The notes under the pieces are model-generated. The model was not told the DNA's origin. It ran no database searches and saw nothing but the letters and a program-made list of their open reading frames with translations. A program made the translations under genes and the position numbers. 40,962 nucleotides of DNA from the NCBI GenBank assembly GCA_964610405.1, contig CAZSZN010000001.1, positions 1-40,962 on the forward strand, given 5' to 3'. The stretch's first letter is position 1, and the number at the start of each line of letters is the position of its first letter. Positions 19,368 through 27,455 of this stretch are shown here, piece after piece. The DNA is from an uncultured Macromonas sp. (lineage in GTDB: Bacteria > Pseudomonadota > Gammaproteobacteria > Burkholderiales > Burkholderiaceae_C).

Positions 19368-20705
19368 ATGCCCCCATTGCGCTACACCCTGTTGTCTTTG
19401 CGGGACCTGCTGGTCTCCTTCGGCCCATTCATCCTGCTCACTGCCGGCCTGCTGGGGCTGGCCTACTGGTGGCTCAACCCCAACCCGCCAACCCAAGTGG
19501 TGCTGGCCACCGGGCCCGAGCAAAGTGCCTACGACACCTTCGGGCAGCGCTACGCCCAGGCGCTGGCGGCCTACGGCATCACGGTGAAACTGCTGCCCAG
19601 CGACGGCTCGGCCGACAACATTGAGCTGGTGCGCAGCGGTCGTGCCGACCTGGGTTTCGTGCAAGGCGGCAGCGGCCACATCCGCCCCGACGACGAGGAT
19701 GCCCTGCGAACCTTGGGCAGCCTGTTTGTCGAACCTTTGTGGCTGTTCTACCACGAAGCCAGCGCGCAACGCCTGAACCGGCAGCCCCGGCTGACGGCAT
19801 TGACGGAGCTGCGCGGCTGGCGCGTCAACGTGGGCACCGACGGCAGCGGCGTGCCGCAACTGTTCACCCAACTGCTGGACGCCAACCACCTCGCCCCCAA
19901 CGACCTGACACTCTCCCGCCTGGCCCAAACCCCGGCCACGGTCGCCTTCCTGGCGCAGGAACTGGACGCACTGGTGTTCGCCTCCGCCCCCGAATCGCCG
20001 CTGGTGCAAATGCTGCTGCAAACCCCCGGCGTGCGGCTGCTGAACGTGCAGCAGGCCCAGGCCTACGCACGGCGTTTCGGCTTCCTCACCCCGGTGGTGC
20101 TGCCGCAAGGCGTAGTGGACCTGGCTGCCAACCGCCCCGCGCAAGACCTGCACCTGGTCGCCTCCACCACCAGCCTGCTGGCCCGCAGCGACACCCACCC
20201 CGCCATCCTGCAACTGTTCGCACAGACCGCGCAAACCCTGCACAGCCCACCCGGCTGGTTCAACCGCCTGCGCGAATACCCCAACCTCGACCTGGCCGAA
20301 GTGCCGGTGGCCGCGGAGGCCGAGCGGGCACTGAACAACGGCCGGCCCTTGATGCAACGCTACCTGCCCTTCTGGCTAGCCAATTTGGTCGAACGCATGT
20401 GGCTGGCGCTGGGCCTGATCATCGCGCTGGCGCTGCCCTTGTCGCGCGTGCTGCCGCCGCTGTACACCTTCCGCATCCGCTCGCGCGTGTTCCGCTGGTA
20501 CGCCGAGTTGCGCGACATCGAAACCCGGGCCGAGGCCGAAGCCGCCGCCATCGACGGCCTGCTGCACGAGCTGGACGCCCTGGAGGCCCGCGCCGAAAAA
20601 ATCCCTTTGCCGCTGGCCTACACCGACGAGCTCTACGCCCTGCGCCACCACATCGAACTGGTGCGCCAGCGCCTGCGCCGGCTCGGCAAGACGCGGGATA
20701 ATTGA
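19368..20705 (+). CDS. TAXI-family (TRAP-associated) solute-binding domain protein with N- and C-terminal membrane anchors
   Basis: N-terminal TM ([19 protein letters not shown]). The TAXI-like core has [20 protein letters not shown]...[25 protein letters not shown] second TM ([15 protein letters not shown]) is followed by a charged helical tail. Confidence 0.75.
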   Translation: MPPLRYTLLSLRDLLVSFGPFILLTAGLLGLAYWWLNPNPPTQVVLATGPEQSAYDTFGQRYAQALAAYGITVKLLPSDGSADNIELVRSGRADLGFVQGGSGHIRPDDEDALRTLGSLFVEPLWLFYHEASAQRLNRQPRLTALTELRGWRVNVGTDGSGVPQLFTQLLDANHLAPNDLTLSRLAQTPATVAFLAQELDALVFASAPESPLVQMLLQTPGVRLLNVQQAQAYARRFGFLTPVVLPQGVVDLAANRPAQDLHLVASTTSLLARSDTHPAILQLFAQTAQTLHSPPGWFNRLREYPNLDLAEVPVAAEAERALNNGRPLMQRYLPFWLANLVERMWLALGLIIALALPLSRVLPPLYTFRIRSRVFRWYAELRDIETRAEAEAAAIDGLLHELDALEARAEKIPLPLAYTDELYALRHHIELVRQRLRRLGKTRDN

Positions 20706-20734
20706 GCCACAGTCCACGAACACGGGAGCCCTCC

Positions 20735-21400
20735 ATGACCGGTTTTGTCGATGCCACCCTGATCGCCGCCGACGGCGCCCTGCGCACCCTGTTCGCACCG
20801 CACCGTGCCGGCCGCGCCTGCCCCACCGTGGCCGAGCCGCTGCAAGCCGAATCGGCCCGCCTGAGCGACACCGAAAAGCGCGAAGCGGGTGCGCTGATGC
20901 GCGTGAACCACGTGGGCGAAATCTGCGCCCAGGCCCTCTACACCTCGCAGGCGCTGGCCGCCCGGCTGGGCCCCGGCCACCCCGTGCACAAACAGCAATT
21001 GGCCCGCCACCTGGAGGCGGCCGGGCAGGAAGAAACCGACCACCTGGCCTGGTGCAAACAGCGCCTGGACGAGTTGGGCGATCGCCCTTCGCTGCTCAAC
21101 CCGCTGTGGTATGCCGGCGCCTTTGGCATCGGCCTGCTGGCCGGGCGACTGGGTGACAAGGTAAGCCTGGGCTTTGTGGTCGAAACCGAGCGCCAGGTGG
21201 AAGCCCACCTCGACAGCCACATGGACCGCCTGCCGCCCCACGACCACGCTTCGCGCGCCATCGTGGCGCAGATGAAGGACGACGAAATCCGCCACGCGCG
21301 CGAAGCCCAACACGCTGGCGGCATGGAACTGCCGCCCCCGGTGCAGGGCATGATGCGGCTGGCCGCCAAGGTCATGACCACGGTGGCCCACCGCGTCTGA
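20735..21400 (+). CDS. coq7: Demethoxyubiquinone hydroxylase (di-iron carboxylate Coq7)
   Basis: ATG at 20735 is preceded by GGGAG. There are four di-iron ligand helices ([40 protein letters not shown]). Confidence 0.9.
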   Translation: MTGFVDATLIAADGALRTLFAPHRAGRACPTVAEPLQAESARLSDTEKREAGALMRVNHVGEICAQALYTSQALAARLGPGHPVHKQQLARHLEAAGQEETDHLAWCKQRLDELGDRPSLLNPLWYAGAFGIGLLAGRLGDKVSLGFVVETERQVEAHLDSHMDRLPPHDHASRAIVAQMKDDEIRHAREAQHAGGMELPPPVQGMMRLAAKVMTTVAHRV

Positions 21401-21418
21401 CCCGGAACACCCAGGGCG

Positions 21419-21676
21419 TCACCCCCCACTGAGGGCCTGGACGATGTGCAATCGGTCGGCCGGCGTCAGCGGCGTATCGAGGCGAAACGCCTGGGTGCTG
21501 TTGACGAACATGCGAATGTGCGGGCGCACCACCCCTTGCTCGTCCACCATGCGAAAGCGGATGCCCGGGTACTGCCGCTCCAGATCGGCCAGCACCGCAG
21601 CCACGGTGGGGCCTTCTGCCTCCACCCACGCGGCCTGCGTGTAAGACTGCAAGGCACTCGGGATCAACACGCGCAT
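21419..21676 (-). CDS. MoaD/ThiS-family ubiquitin-like beta-grasp protein with C-terminal Gly-Gly
   Basis: It is 85 aa and ends ...IVQALSGG followed directly by the stop. The central pattern is typical of MoaD/CysO-like sulfur carriers (LADLERQYPGIRFRMVDEQG...IRMFVN). Confidence 0.75.
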   Translation of the reverse strand: MRVLIPSALQSYTQAAWVEAEGPTVAAVLADLERQYPGIRFRMVDEQGVVRPHIRMFVNSTQAFRLDTPLTPADRLHIVQALSGG

Positions 21677-21712
21677 GGGGTTTCGTCCGGTTTCAGTCTT
21701 CGGGCTCCGGCG

Positions 21713-22861
21713 TCAGCCGACATACGCCGCTTCGACCGCCTGAATGGCCGGCAAATGCCGCACCAGGCACTGCCAGTGGTTGCCCTCGTCCTGGCTGCCC
21801 CACAGCTCGCCGCCGCTGTGGCCAAAGTACAACCCCACCACACGCTCCAGGTCCGCCGTCATGGCCTGGCGCTTGACCGTCCACCACGCCTGCTCGCTGG
21901 GCAAGCCCGCGTCCTGCCGGGCCCAGCTCATGCCACCGTCCCGCGTCATGTAGGCGGCCGGTCGGCCACCGGGCGAGGTTCGGGGCCAGACGTCGGTGCC
22001 GTCCATCGGAAACACCCAGGCCACGTCTGCATCGCGCGGATGCACCACCAGCGGAAACCCGACATCGCCGACCTCGGCCGGCATGTTGCGGCCGATGCGG
22101 TCCCAGCGCTGGCTCGGGCGGTCCAGGCGGTAAATCCCGCAGTGGTTCTGTTGGTAGAGGCGGCTGGGCTGGCTCGGACACAGGCGGATGCAATGCGGGT
22201 CGTGGAACGTCGGCACGCCCGGCTCAAACCCCTCCACCACCTCCAACCCGTCGATCAGGGTCTGGAAAGTGCGCCCCCCGTCGTGGGTTTCGTGCACGCC
22301 GCCGCCCGACATGCCCAGCACCAAGTGCTGCGGATCGTCCGGGTCCAGGATGATCGAGTGCAGCTTCGGCCCATCGGGCGTGCCGTCTTGCACCGTGCCC
22401 ATCCAGGATCGGAAAGCCGGGTCATCGTTGAGGCTGGACCAAGGTGCCCAGCTCTGCCCGCCGTCCTCGGAGCGGAACAGGCCCTGGGGCGAGGTGCCGG
22501 CGTACCAGACACCCGGTTCTGACGCGTGCCCGGGTGCCAACCAGAAGGTGTGGTCCACCGTGCGGGCCGGCAAACCGTTCGCGCCGGGGCCGAACGCTGG
22601 CGGGCGCTGAGCCTCCTGCCAGTGGGCGCCCAGGTCGGTGGAGCGCAGGATGGTGGGGCCCAGGTGCCCGGTGCGGGCCGCCACCAGCAAGGTGCGGCCG
22701 TCGCGCGGGTCCAGCACCGCGTGGTGCACGTTGTGCCCCAGGAAATGGGGGCCGTCCAGACGCCACCCGGTGCGGGCACCTGCATCGTGCAACAACCACA
22801 GCCCTTTGCGGGTGGCCACCAGCAGCACCAGCCGCCGGTCGCGAACATCGGAATTCGCCAT
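21713..22861 (-). CDS. Cytoplasmic BNR/Asp-box repeat beta-propeller protein (annotated in databases as 'exo-alpha-sialidase' / WD40-YVTN-BNR-like)
   Basis: ATG at 22861 is preceded by GGAGG. There are five SxDxGxxW-type Asp boxes (STDLGAHW, SEDGGQSW, THDGGRTF, TRDGGMSW, SQDEGNHW) and no signal peptide. Confidence 0.75.
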   Translation of the reverse strand: MANSDVRDRRLVLLVATRKGLWLLHDAGARTGWRLDGPHFLGHNVHHAVLDPRDGRTLLVAARTGHLGPTILRSTDLGAHWQEAQRPPAFGPGANGLPARTVDHTFWLAPGHASEPGVWYAGTSPQGLFRSEDGGQSWAPWSSLNDDPAFRSWMGTVQDGTPDGPKLHSIILDPDDPQHLVLGMSGGGVHETHDGGRTFQTLIDGLEVVEGFEPGVPTFHDPHCIRLCPSQPSRLYQQNHCGIYRLDRPSQRWDRIGRNMPAEVGDVGFPLVVHPRDADVAWVFPMDGTDVWPRTSPGGRPAAYMTRDGGMSWARQDAGLPSEQAWWTVKRQAMTADLERVVGLYFGHSGGELWGSQDEGNHWQCLVRHLPAIQAVEAAYVG

Positions 22862-22948
22862 CAGAACCTCCTGCGCCAAACGATCGACGCAGTGTAGGCC
22901 TTTGCCACCCGGAGCGCGAGCTCCCTGGGGTACCCGGGCAACGTCCGG

Positions 22949-23398
22949 TCAGGCTTCGATCAGGTCAAACCCGGTCGTGATCTCGGCCGTCTTGCCCAGC
23001 ATGATGCTGGCCGAGCAGTATTTGTCGTGGCTCATGGCGATGGCGCGCTCCACCGCCGCTGGGGGAATGCCTTTGCCCGTGACGGTGAACTGCATGTGGA
23101 TTTTGGTGAACACCTTGGGGTCGGTGTCGGCACGCTCGCTGGTCAGCTTCACGCTGCAGCCGCGCACGTCGTGCCGGCCCCGCTTGAGGATGAGCACCAC
23201 ATCGTAGGCGGTGCAGCCACCGGTGCCAGCCAGCACCGTTTCCATGGGTCGCGGGGCCAGGTTGGCGCCACCGTTTTCAGGCTTGGCGGCGTCGGGCGCG
23301 CCGTCCATGGCCAGCACATGGCCACTGCCGGTTTCGGCCACAAAACCCATGTTCGAGCGGGTGCCGGCGTTGCCGGTCCAGGTGACGGTGCATTCCAC
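22949..23398 (-). CDS. OsmC-family protein
   Basis: OsmC/YhfA-like pattern with two conserved Cys (LAGTGGCTAYDV and SHDKYCSASIML). The start is placed at GTG 23398 (VECTVTWTG...), with GGAG 10 nt upstream. The listed TTG at 23449 would put the N-terminus inside the promoter region. Confidence 0.8.
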   Translation of the reverse strand: MECTVTWTGNAGTRSNMGFVAETGSGHVLAMDGAPDAAKPENGGANLAPRPMETVLAGTGGCTAYDVVLILKRGRHDVRGCSVKLTSERADTDPKVFTKIHMQFTVTGKGIPPAAVERAIAMSHDKYCSASIMLGKTAEITTGFDLIEA

Positions 23399-23443
23399 GA
23401 GCTGGTTTCTCCAAAAAAACAACGCTGGGTTGCACAAAGGTTG

Positions 23444-23472
23444 TTGCAACGCAGCAATATCGGGTTTATACT
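23444..23472 (+). promoter_or_regulatory. Near-consensus sigma70-type promoter: TTGCAA, 17 nt, TATACT
   Basis: The -35 TTGCAA is at 23444-23449, the spacer is exactly 17 nt, and the -10 TATACT is at 23467-23472. It sits in a locally AT-richer intergenic region. There is no protein gene downstream on this strand, only a terminator ~110 nt away. Confidence 0.55.
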
Positions 23473-23483
23473 AACCCCATTGT

Positions 23484-23503
23484 ATGCAACAACGTTGTTG
23501 CAT
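23484..23503. repeat. 20-nt perfect palindrome ATGCAACAAC/GTTGTTGCAT
   Basis: Read directly from the sequence. The half-site GTTGTTGCA recurs at 23440-23448, overlapping the -35 box. A GTTGCA-N10-TGCAAC inverted repeat lies at 23429-23450. Confidence 0.9.
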
Positions 23504-23561
23504 CGCCCGGGGAGTTTCCCCGTTATCAGTTGTCTCCTCTGCCCTCTATGGGTGGTTAATA

Positions 23562-23591
23562 GCCCGGTCACCATGACCGGGCTTTTTTTTT
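23562..23591 (+). terminator. Rho-independent terminator
   Basis: An 8-bp GC-rich stem (23562-23569 / 23575-23582), a 5-nt loop, and a run of nine T. Confidence 0.8.
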
Positions 23592-23631
23592 GGCCCAACG
23601 CCTTAGCCTGCTCAACGCACCCAAAATGGGC

Positions 23632-23657
23632 AAAAAAAAGCCACCCCGAAGGGTGGC
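23632..23657 (-). terminator. Rho-independent terminator with UUCG tetraloop
   Basis: The minus strand reads GCCACCC-UUCG-GGGUGGC followed by eight U. It lies ~190 nt downstream of the histidine kinase stop. Confidence 0.8.
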
Positions 23658-23843
23658 ATGAAGTCCATCAGGACGTCGTTGGGAACCTTGCAGTTGCTGG
23701 CGTTCTCTCGTTCTGGCCAGCAACTCCCTGGATTCGTTGGAATTTCTTTATGTGCTGACAGCCTGGGAGGTATTGTCCATCGGCTGCCACAGGTTGAACA
23801 TCCCCTGTTTAGGGGAGAACCCGCAGATTTTTCGCCGAAATTG
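23632..23843 (-). ncRNA. Structured ~210-nt RNA between the kinase stop and the terminator (long 3'UTR or independent/3'UTR-derived sRNA)
   Basis: There is no credible ORF and GC is lower than the surrounding genes. Hairpins: UCCCCU-AAAC-AGGGGA (23801-23816), a perfect 9-bp stem GUUGCUGGC/GCCAGCAAC (23693-23701 / 23716-23724), a CUCCCAGG...CCAGGGAG pairing, and the terminal UUCG terminator. Confidence 0.35.
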
Positions 23844-25064
23844 TCATTTTTGGGGCAAAAGAACGACGAACTGAGCGCCACCGCCCGGCCGTTCTTCGCA
23901 CCGCACCCGGCCACCGTGGCGCTGGGCAATGGTTTTGACCAGCGCCAGCCCCAGGCCGACGCCGCCGTCGCGCTCGCTGGCGCCCGGCAGGCGGAAGAAA
24001 GGTTCAAAAATCCGGTCGCGCAACGCAGCCGGCACCCCCGGGCCGCCATCGCTGACCACGATTTCCCAGCCCTGAACCGCCGCCCGCAGCGTCAATGAGA
24101 CCTCGGCCGGCTGCCCGTCGCGCACGCCGTGGCGGCGGGCGTTTTCCAACAGGTTGCGCAGCAGGCGGCGCAGCAGCTTGGCGTGCCCCTGCAGCACCGG
24201 CGGCACGGTGTCGGGCGCCACTTCCAGTGTGGCGCCGGTGCGGGCACACTCCTCAGCAGCCAGCCCCAGCAGGTCCACATCCTCCAGCGGCCCCAGGGCA
24301 GCGGGGTCGCTCGGGTCGGCCAGGTCCAGCCTACTGGCGAGCAGGATTTCGTCGATCAATTCGTCGAGTTCGCCAATGTTGCGCTCGATTTCCCGGCGCT
24401 GGCCAGCAGGATCGTGGCTGCGCTCCATCAAGGCCAGCCCCATGCGGATGCGCGCCAGCGGCGACCGCAACTCGTGGGACGCGTTGGCAAGCATCGACTT
24501 GTGGGCCACCAGCAAGGCTTGCACCCGGTCGGCGGCGTCGTTGAAGCGCTGCGCCAGAAACGCCACTTCGTCGTTGCCCTGCACCGGCATGCGAACGTTC
24601 AAATCGCCCTCACCCCACTGTTTGACGCCTTGCTGCAAGGCCTCCAGCCGCTGGGTGAGTCGGCGCACGATCGGGTAGGCTCCCAGCGCCACCGCCAGCG
24701 CCACCGCCACCAACAGCGCAACGAACGCACCCAGCGACTGGATGGGCCCAAAGGGGTCGGGCCGGCTGCCCGGAGCCTTGGGCGGACGCGGCAAGTGCAC
24801 GGTCACGGTTTCGCCGTTGTGCAACGGCACCTGGAACTCCAACCCATGTGCGCCCCGACTCACCCGCGCTGGCGCCCGGCCAATGACATCGCCCTGCGCG
24901 TCGCGCACCACCACCTCGCGACCCGGCCGCTGCGCGCGCTCGTGTTCCCACTGAGCGCGCCACATCCAACCCAGCAGCAAGGTCATGACGGTGATGGCCG
25001 CCGCCACCGCGAGCCAGATGCGCAGCGACAGGTGTTGGTGCAGTTTGGGACGCAGCGCGGCCAT
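23844..25064 (-). CDS. Two-component sensor histidine kinase (TM, HAMP, HisKA, HATPase_c)
   Basis: H-box SHELRSPLARI, N-box LLENARRH, G1 DGGPGV, G2 GGVGLGLALV. Two TM segments flank a ~100-aa periplasmic loop. Confidence 0.9.
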   Translation of the reverse strand: MAALRPKLHQHLSLRIWLAVAAAITVMTLLLGWMWRAQWEHERAQRPGREVVVRDAQGDVIGRAPARVSRGAHGLEFQVPLHNGETVTVHLPRPPKAPGSRPDPFGPIQSLGAFVALLVAVALAVALGAYPIVRRLTQRLEALQQGVKQWGEGDLNVRMPVQGNDEVAFLAQRFNDAADRVQALLVAHKSMLANASHELRSPLARIRMGLALMERSHDPAGQRREIERNIGELDELIDEILLASRLDLADPSDPAALGPLEDVDLLGLAAEECARTGATLEVAPDTVPPVLQGHAKLLRRLLRNLLENARRHGVRDGQPAEVSLTLRAAVQGWEIVVSDGGPGVPAALRDRIFEPFFRLPGASERDGGVGLGLALVKTIAQRHGGRVRCEERPGGGAQFVVLLPQK

Positions 25065-25067
25065 GGC

Positions 25068-25799
25068 TCAATCCTGCTGGCGCGCGAACACGTAACCCAC
25101 CCCGCGCACGGTCAGGATGCGGCGCGGGTTCTTCGGGTCGGCCTCGATGGCCTGGCGGATGCGGCCCATGTGCACGTCGATGGAGCGGTCGAACGCCTCC
25201 AGCTCGCGCCCGCGCACGGCCTCCATGATCTGATCGCGGGTCAGCACCCGGCCGGCACGCTCGGCCAGCGCCACCAACAGGTCGAACTGGTAGGAGGTGA
25301 CGTCGCACGCCTGCCCGGCCACGGTGACGGTGCGCGCGTCGCGGTCGATTTCAAGCGAACCAAAACGCAACGGCGCGCGCCCGGGTTCGGCCACCGCCGT
25401 CCCGGCCGGGACCGTGCGCCGGCGCAGCACAGCGCGGATGCGCGCCAGCAGCTCGCGTGGCTCGAACGGTTTGGGCAGGTAATCGTCGGCGCCCATTTCC
25501 AGGCCGACGATGCGGTCCATCGGGTCGCCTTTGGCAGTCAGCATGACGACCGGCACTTGAGCCCCGTCACCCGGCAGCGCGCGCAAACGGCGGCACACCT
25601 CCAGACCATCGAGGTCCGGCAGCATCAGGTCGAGGATGATCAGGTCCGGCAGGCGTTGCTGCACCCGTTGCAACCCGGTCAAAGCGTCGGCCGCGTGCTC
25701 AAAACCGTAGCCAGACTGGCGCAGGTACTCGCCGACCATGCCCGCCAGCCGGGCGTCGTCTTCGATCATCAGGATGTGGGTGGGCATGGGGGCCGTCAT
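25068..25799 (-). CDS. OmpR/PhoB-family response regulator
   Basis: Receiver domain (ILMIEDD...LIILDLMLPDLDG...LTAKG) plus a winged-helix C-terminus (LTVRGVGYVF). The start is ambiguous: ATG 25799, ATG 25787 or the listed TTG 25826. None has a good SD. Confidence 0.88.
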   Translation of the reverse strand: MTAPMPTHILMIEDDARLAGMVGEYLRQSGYGFEHAADALTGLQRVQQRLPDLIILDLMLPDLDGLEVCRRLRALPGDGAQVPVVMLTAKGDPMDRIVGLEMGADDYLPKPFEPRELLARIRAVLRRRTVPAGTAVAEPGRAPLRFGSLEIDRDARTVTVAGQACDVTSYQFDLLVALAERAGRVLTRDQIMEAVRGRELEAFDRSIDVHMGRIRQAIEADPKNPRRILTVRGVGYVFARQQD

Positions 25800-25878
25800 G
25801 GTTGAATCTTGCCACGGCTGGGTCAAGCCGCCATGCCCCGGCGGTAAAGTTGCGTGAAGTGCGCGGGGCCGGCGCCCT

Positions 25879-27429
25879 TCAGCTTGCCGGTTCGGCCACC
25901 GCCAGGCGGCGCCCGGCCAACCACACCAGCACCAGCACCGGCAGCCCCATGGCGGTGGTCAGCCAGAAAAAGCCGGGGTAGCCCAAGGCGTCCACCATGC
26001 TGCCGGAGTAGCCGCCCAAGGTCTTGGGCAGCAGCGTCATCAGCGAGCTGAAAATGGCGTATTGCACCGCTGTGAACGACACGTTGGTCAGGCTGGACAG
26101 AAAGGCCACGAACGCCGCGCTGGCGAACCCGGCGGCCAAGTTGTCGGCCGACACCACCAGGTACATCAGCGTGAGGTCGTGCCCGGCGTGGGCCAACCAG
26201 ACGAAGCCCAGATTGGTGCCCGCCGCCAGCACCGCACCCCACATCAGCGAACGCATCACCCCCAGCCGGGTGGCCAGCAGGCCGCCGGTGAAGCCGCCCA
26301 CGATGCTGATGATGACCCCGTAGGTTTTGACCGCGTACGCGATCTCGGGCTTGGAAAAACCCAAGTCCTGGTAGAACACGTTGGAGATGACCCCCAGCAC
26401 GATGTCGGAAATGCGGTACAGGCCGACCAGCGCCAGTAACAACCAGGCGGTGGAGGCACCGTAGCGTTGGAAAAAATCCAACACCGGCTCGACCCAGGTG
26501 GTGCGGGCCTGTTCCCGGCTGGCCAAGCCCAAGCGCACCAGCCACCAGCCCACGCCGAAGGCGGCCGCCAACCCGCCCGCCATGCGCAGCGCTTCGGCGC
26601 CCAGGGCCAGCACCGGCCCCAGGCCGTCCACCCACGGTGCCACGGCCCACCCCAGGCCCGCGAACACGGCCACGAACGCCGCCACGCTGACCAGAAACAC
26701 CGCCAACAGCCGCAGGTGCTGGCCCGAGGGCAGACGCTCGGCACGGGTGGATGCTTCGGGCTCCGGCGTCACCAGGGTGGTCAACACCCCGACACCCATG
26801 GTCGCGGCCATGACGAAATAGGTCCACTGCCACGCTTCGTACACATAGCCGCCCTTGACCGACCCCCAGTACGACGCCAAAAACAGCGCCCCCGCGCCAG
26901 CCACGATCATGCCCAGCCGGTAACCCGCGATGTAGGCCGACGACAGCAAGCCCTGCTGTTCGGGCCGCCCGATTTCGATGCGGTAGGCATCGATGACGAT
27001 GTCTTGCGTGGCGGAGGTGAACCCCAGCAGCACCGCGAACAGGGCCATCGCCGTCAGTGCCGCCGTGCCACCGGCCGGGTCGGTGGACGCCATGCCGACG
27101 ATGGCGCCCATCACTCCCAATTGAGCCAACAACAACCAGGCGCGCCTGCGCCCCAACGCCGCCGACAGCCAGGGCAGCGGCAGGCGGTCCACCAGCGGCG
27201 CCCAGATGAACTTGAACGAGTACCCCAGGGCGGCCCAGCTGAAGAAGGTCACCGCCTTGCGTTCCACCCCGGCCTCGCCCAACCACAGCGACAGCGAGGA
27301 GAAAATCAACAAGATCGGCAAACCGGCCGAAAACCCCAGCATCAACAGGCTGAGCACCCGCCAGTCCCACAAAGCTGACAAGGTTTCCCGCCAGGGCGGA
27401 CGCGCGGTGGATGCAAGGGGTGATGCCAT
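25879..27429 (-). CDS. ampG: AmpG-family muropeptide/MFS permease
   Basis: The ATG at 27429 gives MASPLASTARPPWRETLSALWDWRVLSLLMLGFSAGLP. The AmpG signature FSWAALGYSFKFIWAPLVDR and ~14 TM helices are present. The listed 129-aa N-terminal extension is antisense to the M48 gene and implausible. Confidence 0.9.
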   Translation of the reverse strand: MASPLASTARPPWRETLSALWDWRVLSLLMLGFSAGLPILLIFSSLSLWLGEAGVERKAVTFFSWAALGYSFKFIWAPLVDRLPLPWLSAALGRRRAWLLLAQLGVMGAIVGMASTDPAGGTAALTAMALFAVLLGFTSATQDIVIDAYRIEIGRPEQQGLLSSAYIAGYRLGMIVAGAGALFLASYWGSVKGGYVYEAWQWTYFVMAATMGVGVLTTLVTPEPEASTRAERLPSGQHLRLLAVFLVSVAAFVAVFAGLGWAVAPWVDGLGPVLALGAEALRMAGGLAAAFGVGWWLVRLGLASREQARTTWVEPVLDFFQRYGASTAWLLLALVGLYRISDIVLGVISNVFYQDLGFSKPEIAYAVKTYGVIISIVGGFTGGLLATRLGVMRSLMWGAVLAAGTNLGFVWLAHAGHDLTLMYLVVSADNLAAGFASAAFVAFLSSLTNVSFTAVQYAIFSSLMTLLPKTLGGYSGSMVDALGYPGFFWLTTAMGLPVLVLVWLAGRRLAVAEPAS

Positions 27430-27455
27430 CCCCCGATTTTGCCTATCATTGGCAC

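Larger units (their letters stand above)
23479..23591 (+). ncRNA. Candidate ~113-nt small RNA (unnamed)
   Basis: The predicted TSS is ~7 nt after the -10 box. There is a 5' hairpin from the palindrome and a second hairpin CGGGGA-GUU-UCCCCG (23508-23522). A single-stranded CU-rich stretch UCUCCUCU lies at 23533-23540. An intrinsic terminator GCCCGGUC-ACCAU-GACCGGGC plus 9 U lies at 23562-23591. Confidence 0.45.

Noticed and set aside
23484-23576. A 30-codon ORF (MQQRCCIARGVSPLSVVSSALYGWLIARSP) inside the candidate sRNA, which could be a leaderless small or toxic peptide.
   Set aside because: It has no SD and would start ~5 nt from the predicted TSS. It is rich in codons that the surrounding genes avoid (TTA x2, ATA, TCA, GTT, TCT). 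Its stop lies inside the terminator stem. I kept it as an alternative hypothesis under the sRNA finding.
23632-23843. Possibility that the structured RNA after the kinase is 6S RNA, tmRNA or RNase P RNA.
   Set aside because: It does not show the long closing stem plus central bubble of 6S RNA. It has no tRNA-like end or tag reading frame for tmRNA, and none of the conserved RNase P motifs I remember. It also ends in an intrinsic terminator, which those RNAs usually lack. A covariance-model search is needed to exclude this properly.
23658-24098. A 146-aa plus-strand ORF starting right after the terminator hairpin.
   Set aside because: Most of it runs antisense through the kinase C-terminus, it has no SD, and its composition is atypical.
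27430-27455. Only 26 nt separate the divergent ampG and M48 start codons, which leaves no room for two promoters.
   Set aside because: This most likely reflects start-codon uncertainty or promoters embedded in the neighbouring coding sequence. I found no alternative in-frame ATG/GTG for either gene, so I recorded it only as a caveat on the M48 start.
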